Of a DNA stretch of 54,782 bases, positions 1-7,600 are shown one piece after another (position 1 is the first letter of the stretch; each line of letters begins with the position of its first letter). A program made the translations under genes and the position numbers. The notes under the pieces were generated by a model. It was not told the origin of the DNA, made no database searches, and worked only from the letters and a program-made list of their open reading frames with translations. The DNA is from a virus (taxonomy: Duplodnaviria > Caudoviricetes). The stretch spans positions 1 to 54,782 of IMG/VR virus record IMGVR_UViG_3300025889_000152. One strand, 5' to 3'.

Positions 1-2087
1 ATTGTGACAATCAGAGAAGCAATAGAGATTTTCCGTATCCGCCATGTGAAGAACAGGATTTTGTTGAATTTGGGGGCGGCGAATGTGAAGGATCTTATGA
101 AGTTGGCTATCGGCAAACAGGCAATATCAATCCTGATGGCACTTGCGAGCAGATAAAGGTACTTAAATTTAATGAAGCATTAGATTGCCCTTTCCCTGAG
201 CCTCCACCACCTAAAGAATGTGAATCCTTGGAAGAACGCGATTGTTCGCCTATCGCCCCTGAGCCTCCTAAGTGTGTCAATACTGGTAGTGGTGATGGAT
301 TCAACTCTAATGCTGGCTTTAATGCAGTCGTCAAAGTGCGAACTGGAAATAAAGATGTAGAGTATCTGCGCCCTGATAAAAAGGAGTGCATGGAAGTATG
401 TGAGTTTGCAGAAATAGCAGTATTTTCGCCATCATGTCCAGAACCTCCACGCAAGCCTGATCCACGTCCTACTTGTGCTATTGTCCCGCCAAAGCGTTAT
501 TGGGGATGGGCTAACTATGATCTTGAGGCGGGTGGGTTTTTAGTAAATGTTGTTACAGGCGAAATAGACCGTGCTTCGGTATCTTTCAGAGAAATTGTAG
601 AGACTTTTGTTTGTGGTGAACTTGAGCCTGAAACTTCTGTTGCTGCGATAATTCGTAATTCAAAGAAAACTTTTTTTCTTGTTGCGGATACTCGTAAATG
701 TGCTCCTTTAGATTTTGGCTATCTTGACGGGTATCAAGGGCGTGATAAATATGGGATACCGTATGAAAATCCTTGCTGTCCTTGGGATGAGACTAAGCCA
801 CCTCGCCCAGTATGTCCTGAGAAGCCTAAACCAGTTGATAAGTGGTCATGCTCTGGTGGTGTTTGTTCACCTGACGCGAACGGAATCTATAACTCACAAG
901 CTGAATGTGAAGCGGCGCTGATACCTGCCAACTTTACTGGTGGTCAATGTCCTGCCCCTGTTACTTATAAAATATCTTTTGCTTATGAAGATGCTGGCGG
1001 AACAACGTGGTATCAAAATGGCTTTGCTAGTAGCTTGTTTGCCACCACCGACCCTGCAAGCACTGGGACTCCTACAGGCAGCTATTTAGGCAAAATTGTA
1101 TCTGTACAAGCCTATGTTGATCCCGTATATCATCCTCTCCTTAAAGCTATCTTTGTTAACGGGGTTCATAACGGATTGTTAGCAGGGCAATATACTGGGT
1201 ACGTTGTTAACAACTTTAGAGTGTATAGAATTGAGCGTGTAGATGGGCTGCCTGACAATTGTGGTAATCCCCCACCTACTTGTCCACCTTAACTAAAACC
1301 TCATGGCACAACTAACTCCTGAAGAAATTAAAGCTTATACGATTCGCTGGTTTGGATATCAATCTGACACAGACGATATTGCCTTGGTAGTTGCCAAAAT
1401 TACTGCCGCGATCGCTGACACAGATTTGTATGCAGTAATCAGAACGTCATGCGATCGCATCTTGAAGATGGAAGAACGCATATACGATCAAGCCTTGCGA
1501 GTGCCACACGGTAACTTGTATCTGTTGAACTTTGTCGAAATGGCAAAGGAGATTAAGCGATTAAGCAACCTGCTTGGGCTAGCTCTAAAGCCTCTCGCCG
1601 AACAGGTCTGGAATGAGACTGCAACAGCATCGGCGATCGCTGCCATGCTGTCCCCTGCGGTAACCCCGTTTATTAGCCTCCCTGCGATTAATTTTGAAGA
1701 TTGCATACTCAAGGTATCGCCGATAACCTCGGACACTAAGCCTAAGAATGTTGCTAAAGGGCAAATCTGGAACACTGTCACTAATCCGCAAACCTTTGAG
1801 TTTGACGGGTGGGTATGGCGTGGTAGAACCCAAGGGATTAACTGCGGCAATTTCAATATTGATATTGGGTCCACGATTACCCATGCCTCTGCGGGTTTTA
1901 TTGCAACCCGAATTGCTGGTAATGCTTTTGCAACGGGTTTGGGCATAAGTGCGACACCTTTGGGATTGGTTATTGAACAGGTTCGATCGGCGATCGCCTA
2001 TGACAATGCCACTGGCAACAAACTGAATACATCGGCTGTAACTGGCATGGTGGCGATCGGCATTATCAATGCGGGCGCATCGGCTGG
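1..2087 (+). repeat. Left copy of diverged terminal direct repeat
   Basis: ATTGTGACAATCAGAGAAGC at 1 recurs at 52048; CGGCTGG ending at 2087 matches the window end; offsets are 52047, then 51972, then 52695. Confidence 0.95.
3..1292 (+). CDS. 5'-truncated allele of the Cys/Pro-rich protein at 51198..53264
   Basis: Open from base 3, in frame with track ORF 228..1292; aligns to the C-terminal part of 51198..53264. Confidence 0.85.
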   Translation, partial: CDNQRSNRDFPYPPCEEQDFVEFGGGECEGSYEVGYRQTGNINPDGTCEQIKVLKFNEALDCPFPEPPPPKECESLEERDCSPIAPEPPKCVNTGSGDGFNSNAGFNAVVKVRTGNKDVEYLRPDKKECMEVCEFAEIAVFSPSCPEPPRKPDPRPTCAIVPPKRYWGWANYDLEAGGFLVNVVTGEIDRASVSFREIVETFVCGELEPETSVAAIIRNSKKTFFLVADTRKCAPLDFGYLDGYQGRDKYGIPYENPCCPWDETKPPRPVCPEKPKPVDKWSCSGGVCSPDANGIYNSQAECEAALIPANFTGGQCPAPVTYKISFAYEDAGGTTWYQNGFASSLFATTDPASTGTPTGSYLGKIVSVQAYVDPVYHPLLKAIFVNGVHNGLLAGQYTGYVVNNFRVYRIERVDGLPDNCGNPPPTCPP

Positions 2088-3018
2088 TAAATGGGGTAAG
2101 CGATTGCTTGCCAATAATACTGATACCTTTCAGAAACCGATCGCACAGTCTCCGCCAAGTGGTGTTGACACTAGAGCGACAGAGACATGGACAGATCAAT
2201 CGCCGCCTAATTTTGATCCTTTAGATCCTGATGCGATTGATAACAGACGGGTGAATAATATTGATCCTGTTACGGCTGTGCCAGGGGCGTATCTGGTGAA
2301 TGGCGCACAAGGTCGAGGGACTATAAGCCTTGCAGTCGATACAGGTAGCGTTGCTCCTGCCCTTGGCACGATATTTACGATCGCCGATGCAACTGCTATT
2401 CCAGGTTCGTATCTCGTTAATGGATTACAGGCGATCGGCGTAACAACTTTGGTTGTGGATACTGGGGTAGTTGCGCCGCAAGCTGGTACGACATTTACCA
2501 TTGGCGCTGACCAGACTATCTATACTGTGGGGTCTGGAGCGACTACTACGAGTTGGGCGATTAGCCCTGCCTTGGTCGTGGCTGCTGCCGATAACGCGGT
2601 AATCAGGTTATTGCCTGATGATCAAATCTATCAAGTCGGTGCGGGCGCAACTACTACAAGTTGGCTCATTGATCCACCTTTGCAACGTGCGGCGGCGGAC
2701 AATGCCGTGATTACTATTCGTGGTGCATCGCTAGAGCGTGACAGCAATCGCACAACAATTACTGCTGCGGGTCTGGTCACTAATGCTGGCGGTAAGACTT
2801 CTGTTGTCCAACGCAATAGTCACGTTCAAGGTAATCTGGCAACGGGTGACTATACCTACGTCACACCATCAACTGAAACATTCTATGAATATTACGAAGT
2901 TCTTACAGGCTTTACTAATATTGGTGCTTGCATCAAGACTGTTGCTGCTGCGGGTCAATCTCTCAGGGTCACAGGTGCGATCGCAGGATCATACGCCTTG
3001 ACCATTGCTGCTAATTAA
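1303..3018 (+). CDS. Probable virion structural protein: adaptor-like N-terminus plus nested duplicate of the coat insertion domain
   Basis: 571 aa, A/T/G-rich; PG(A/S)YLVNG...VDTG and GATTTSW...DNAVI each occur twice and also occur in the coat protein. Confidence 0.7.
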   Translation: MAQLTPEEIKAYTIRWFGYQSDTDDIALVVAKITAAIADTDLYAVIRTSCDRILKMEERIYDQALRVPHGNLYLLNFVEMAKEIKRLSNLLGLALKPLAEQVWNETATASAIAAMLSPAVTPFISLPAINFEDCILKVSPITSDTKPKNVAKGQIWNTVTNPQTFEFDGWVWRGRTQGINCGNFNIDIGSTITHASAGFIATRIAGNAFATGLGISATPLGLVIEQVRSAIAYDNATGNKLNTSAVTGMVAIGIINAGASAGKWGKRLLANNTDTFQKPIAQSPPSGVDTRATETWTDQSPPNFDPLDPDAIDNRRVNNIDPVTAVPGAYLVNGAQGRGTISLAVDTGSVAPALGTIFTIADATAIPGSYLVNGLQAIGVTTLVVDTGVVAPQAGTTFTIGADQTIYTVGSGATTTSWAISPALVVAAADNAVIRLLPDDQIYQVGAGATTTSWLIDPPLQRAAADNAVITIRGASLERDSNRTTITAAGLVTNAGGKTSVVQRNSHVQGNLATGDYTYVTPSTETFYEYYEVLTGFTNIGACIKTVAAAGQSLRVTGAIAGSYALTIAAN

Positions 3019-3065
3019 ATTGATAGGCGATCGCCATGGGTCATTAACCCTTGACTCATGGCGAT

Positions 3066-3140
3066 AAAAACATAGGGGGGGTTCCCCAAAATCTTTTATG
3101 TATATATATTCTTGAGAGAGGGAAATATTTTTGAGAAATT
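3066..3140 (+). repeat. Dispersed ~75-bp element, copy 1
   Basis: AAAAACATAGGGGGGGTTCCCCAAAA...TGTATATATATTCTTGAGAGAGGGAAATATTTTTGAGAAATT. Confidence 0.95.
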
Positions 3141-3175
3141 ATTAGGTATCCTCACGAATGAGGATCGCAAAAAGT

Positions 3176-3230
3176 AACCCGTCAGTTTGAGCATTGCTAA
3201 GAGGCTTGACGGGTTTTGTCTTTTTATTTT
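3176..3230. terminator. Intrinsic terminator-like hairpin between convergent units
   Basis: AACCCGTCA...TGACGGGTT stem followed by T-rich tract, with an A-run just upstream. Confidence 0.6.
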
Positions 3231-3233
3231 AAA

Positions 3234-3308
3234 TGGCGGGAGTTGGATTTGAACCAACGATCTCAGGGCTATGACCCCTGCGAGTTAACCTAGCTTCTCC
3301 ATCCCGCT
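3234..3308 (-). tRNA. tRNA-Met(CAT), initiator-type
   Basis: Reverse complement folds as a cloverleaf: acceptor AGCGGGA/TCCCGCC-A with 1:72 mismatch, A11:U24, anticodon stem CAGGG/CCCTG, loop GTCATAG, T-arm GTTGG-TTCAAAT-CCAAC; CCA not encoded. Confidence 0.9.
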
Positions 3309-3364
3309 ATGGGGCGATCGCGCCGCAGATTTGCGCCCTGCGGCTCGGTTGGTTGCGCTTGTGA

Positions 3365-3868
3365 TTAGCTCCTATAATGTTTATACCCTAGTGTTTCGGG
3401 GTCTGGGCGGAAACTTGAATGGTCGTAACACATGACGAGTTTAGTCTCGTTAATCAACCTATTTAGCTCCGCAAGCTTTAGGGCGATCGCATGGTCTGGA
3501 GGTAATATTTCCGAAAAGTCAACGCCGTCTGGCAAGTCAAATTCAGGGAACTCAAGCTCAGGTAGATACTCTGGTTTTGCTAAGAATAGTCTTGCTATCT
3601 CGCAGATACCTTGCGGCGATCGCTTGGCTTCTGCCCATTCAAGATCAACCTTTTTGTCATCACCAATACGATCTTCGTAATGCTCCCAGACATTGCCAAT
3701 ATCGGTGAACCATTCATCTTCGCGATCGGAGTATAAGGGTGTTCCTTCTTCGTAAGGTTTTACTGGGTAATCTAAATATGGCTTTTTCATTGTTCTGCTC
3801 CAAATCGCAGTTAGCACGTCTTTGTAATTACTTAGATTTGTCGGGGTAATTACAAAGCCGTGAACCAA
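3365..3868 (-). CDS. Hypothetical protein (start uncertain)
   Basis: Acidic 167-aa ORF upstream of the tRNA. Confidence 0.6.
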   Translation of the reverse strand: MVHGFVITPTNLSNYKDVLTAIWSRTMKKPYLDYPVKPYEEGTPLYSDREDEWFTDIGNVWEHYEDRIGDDKKVDLEWAEAKRSPQGICEIARLFLAKPEYLPELEFPEFDLPDGVDFSEILPPDHAIALKLAELNRLINETKLVMCYDHSSFRPDPETLGYKHYRS

Positions 3869-3939
3869 AAGCTTTCACTTTTTCGCTAATAATCTAGCAC
3901 AAGAGATGCAGTAAAATTTATAAAACTACTGCTAAAAAT

Positions 3940-4191
3940 ATGGACATTGCAAAGTGCGATCGCCTTGACTGCCCTATCAAAGAATCATGCCTGAGATATA
4001 CAATGCCGATACCTGACTGCGATCAAGAATGGCATTATATCCAAGGCGATTTCGCAGATAATAAATGTAGTTTTTATTTACTCAATGGCAAAAGTCAATG
4101 TCTAACATCATCGCCGCTATTATCGCAACGATCGCCCCTCTCACATGGGGACTATGGATACTTGATCGCAAACGGTATGATAGCAGAATGA
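3940..4191 (+). CDS. Small Cys-containing phage protein
   Basis: MDIAKC..DCPIKESCLRY pattern typical of small phage proteins; 3' part overlaps the next gene. Confidence 0.55.
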   Translation: MDIAKCDRLDCPIKESCLRYTMPIPDCDQEWHYIQGDFADNKCSFYLLNGKSQCLTSSPLLSQRSPLSHGDYGYLIANGMIAE

Positions 4192-4256
4192 TTGCTATAT
4201 CACTTGTGCCTGTGGCGATCGCATGGTGGACAGCATTGTATTTGGTAGGAGCTTAG
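4098..4256 (+). CDS. 52-aa two-helix membrane protein (holin candidate), not in the ORF track
   Basis: MSNIIAAIIATIAPLTWGLWILDRKRYDSRMIAISLVPVAIAWWTALYLVGA; stops 3 nt before the next ATG. Confidence 0.55.
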   Translation: MSNIIAAIIATIAPLTWGLWILDRKRYDSRMIAISLVPVAIAWWTALYLVGA

Positions 4257-4259
4257 GTT

Positions 4260-4637
4260 ATGGCGCTGACAGATTCAGAATATGCGGATATAGCTTACTT
4301 CCTCGGGTATCCGTCTTATCAGAATATGGCTAACATCAAAACTCGCATTATCTCAAGCTTTGGGCAAACACCAACGCTTGCAACCTATCGCGAGAATACT
4401 ATCCGCGATCTGATAAGGCAGTTGAAGCAATATCAGAAAGACATTCGTGCGGGTGAGCAGAATTTTGGGATGGTAAGACAGCCTGGGGTTGTTATAAATT
4501 CTGCTGAACGTCAAGCTATGCTAATCTCATCGGCGCGAAATTGTGTTGCTGACTTAGAGCAAGCAACTGATGTCGGTTGCATCGGTGATGTGTTTAATCG
4601 CGGTCGTGGCAATGGTTCTGTAAGACTGAGTAGGTAA
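4260..4637 (+). CDS. Putative head-completion/adaptor protein
   Basis: 125 aa, helical, begins MALTDSEYADIAYFLGYP; size and position at the start of a virion operon. Confidence 0.5.
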   Translation: MALTDSEYADIAYFLGYPSYQNMANIKTRIISSFGQTPTLATYRENTIRDLIRQLKQYQKDIRAGEQNFGMVRQPGVVINSAERQAMLISSARNCVADLEQATDVGCIGDVFNRGRGNGSVRLSR

Positions 4638-4642
4638 AGGTT

Positions 4643-7600
4643 ATGGCTAACAAGAAAATCAACACAGGCGCGATCGCTACATCAGCAAATGAACCCTCTC
4701 GCCCAAAGCTAACCAGTGACATAATCGCTGATTACTTAGAACGCATGGGTGGTCAGGCAACATTAGTAAAGCCTGACGGATCGCAATATAACCCAAATCG
4801 CAAAGGTCGCGTCAACATCGGCGATCGCATGACCACGGCTGAGAAATTTGGACAAGCTGCTGACGTTGGTTTGAGTAATGAATTTCAGAAGTTGCCTGAG
4901 GTCCATGCACGATTTGACGATCGCCAAGTTGCATTACAGGTACAAAAAGAACTTGCAACAGGTCGGCTAACAACACAGAAATTCTTTGAGTCTCCCGACA
5001 AGGCGATCGCCGATCAAGCTGCCGATGAAATTAGGCGATCGGATGGACTGCTAGGGCGTGGCGAATCTGTTGAGGTTCGCAAACTTGGTAAGGCTTATGA
5101 AGTAGTTGCGGTAAAGCAATATCAACCTGTGCCAAGTCGCGGTAATAGTGCCGTGCGATCGTATGGACTTGATAATGATCCAGAAGGTCGTTTTGTCGCA
5201 TTCAACAAACCAGAAGAAGCCTATGCTGCGCCCAAAACGCTAAAGGAATTACAAGCTGAAGCTCGGCGATTAGAAGCATCGGGAACACAGGCTTTAGCCT
5301 CTGATACTCGTACAGAATTTAAACCACAGGCACAAAGCAACTGGGAGAAATTAGAACTTCCTGCCCGATCGCCTATGACTGAGCAGCTATTACAGGTTGC
5401 TCCTGAACCAAGGGCGATCGCTGCACAAACTTTAGATACTCCATCTGATGCTTGGAAGTTGCCTCAAGCCAAAGAGCCAAAGTTGCCTCACTTTTACGCA
5501 CAGATGGCAAGCGGTGATAATCCATTGGGTACGGGTTCGACAGTTCAGAGTGAATATGATCGCGCTAAGTCTGCATATCAGGGATATCAAAGATTTGGTT
5601 ATGCACCTCCTGATGTCGAATTTCCAAAGCTTCGAGAATTAACAAAGCTTGCCGAAAGTGAAGGGGTTAAAGGTGATGACGCATTAAAGGCATATATCAA
5701 AGGCAAGCAAAATGCGCCATTGATTGAGGCTGGTGTATTGCCTAAGCCCGAATTGCCTATGACTGCGCGATTAGGTCAACAATATATATCGCCTAAGTCT
5801 GACAAAGTTGGCACTGTCGAAAGTGTTGGCAAAAAAGGCGTGAAGCTAAATGTCGATGGTCAAGCTGTACCAGTTGAGTATCAGACACTTGAGAAGCTTA
5901 AATACACTGGCAACAAAGGTTATGGCTTCGCCGCACCTGCCGCACTTCGCCCCGTCATTGGCGGCTTTATCGGCGGCACTGCTGGCAGCATGGCATTTAA
6001 GCAACTCGCTCAAGCGGTTGGATTGAATGAAGATCAGCAAAATGCGGCGGCGGCTACTGGTGGCTTAATCGGATCATTCGCTGGGTCTGTGGCAACTAAC
6101 TTACCTTTGGACGCTAAGCTTCGTGTACCGACTGCGAGAGAGTTCGCAGCTACGATGATGGGTGCGCCACAACAAAGGGGTGCGGGTGCTAGGTTGTTTG
6201 ACTTGGCAAGTAGTCAGGCTGGGGCGATCGCTCCTGATGTTAGGGCAAAGATTAATTCTTTCCCCGAACTACCAAAGAATGCTTCCATGACTGGCTTAGG
6301 TTTGTATGAGTTGGACGGATCGCCATCGGGGTTAGGCTGGATACTTCGCGGTGAGGCTGACGATCCTTCTAAATATTCTTATGTGCGTAGTCTTCAACAA
6401 GAATTATTGGACTCTCCTAACTTCACTGGTATTTCATATCGTGGCGTTTATGTCCCTTCTAATAAATCCCCAGTAAGTGAGGCGCAAAAGTATGGGATTG
6501 CCAATAGTCGCGGCTATTACGACTCTTCTTTTATGGCAACTACTCCATCGCCTAGCTATGCAAAAACTTACGGCGATAACTTTTTCTTAGAGGTTTTGGG
6601 TAATTCAGGTAAGAAATTGCTTCGTCATGCCGATGAGGGTGGTGAAGTTTTGTATCCTGCTGGCAATCAATTTGATGTAGAGAATTATCGTGTTGAAGAT
6701 GGGAAAGTAACTGCGCGATTAGTTGATCGCAATCTTAAGCCTGATGAAGTTGTGAAGTTAAAAAAACAGGCTTTTGATCGTGCTGACTTTGGTTCTCTTT
6801 TTTCTGACTCAAATCCAATAGATAAAACCTTTCAACAATCTTATACATTAGGTTCACAAGGTTTTGAGTCTGGGCAAAAGTTTGTTTCTCCTAGCGGTGG
6901 TATCGCATCTTTGATAGATGCCTCTGATCCTGAGTCAATTTTCTTTCAGGCTGCTGACGGTAAACCTGTTTACGTTAATCGCAGTCAGTTTGATCGACTA
7001 CAAATCAAAGCTCCTGCAACACTGACCGATCTAAAACGTGGCGATGGCTTGATTTCCAACAAATCAGATCTTCGCTATACCGTAATGGGTGTTGAAGGGG
7101 ATAACGTAAAGCTTCGTGGTGAAGATGGCGTGATCAGAATCACTACTAAGGCTAAAGTGCCGCAATTGTTTAGAGCAAATACATTAGGCTTCGCGACTCC
7201 TGCCGCGTTACGCCCTGTATTTGGCGGCTTTGTCGGCGGCACTGCTGGCAGCATGGCATTTAAGCAACTCGCTCAAGCGGTTGGATTGAATGAAGATCAG
7301 CAAAATGCGGCGGCGGCGACTGGTGGGATTATTGGATCATTCGCAGGTTCGGCTGCAACTAACTTGCCTTTGGATACCAAACTGCGTGTACCGACTGCGA
7401 GAGAATTTGCTCAAACAATGATGTCTGCTCCGCAACAAAGGGGTGCGGGTGCTAGGTTATTTGACTTGGTAAGCTCTGAATCAGGGGCGATTCAACCCGC
7501 TAATCCAGTGATCATGCAACGTCAAGCTGATCGCTTAAAAGCACAAGGATATGACGTAAAGCTTGAAACATTCAACCCAACACAAGGATGGATGGATGAG

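Noticed and set aside
900-1292. Diversity-generating retroelement (TR/VR pair with ~52870..53264)
   Set aside because: Differences are not adenine-specific and are mostly synonymous; no reverse transcriptase is present
3234-3308. tRNA as attachment site
   Set aside because: No duplicated tRNA 3' end noticed and no integrase nearby
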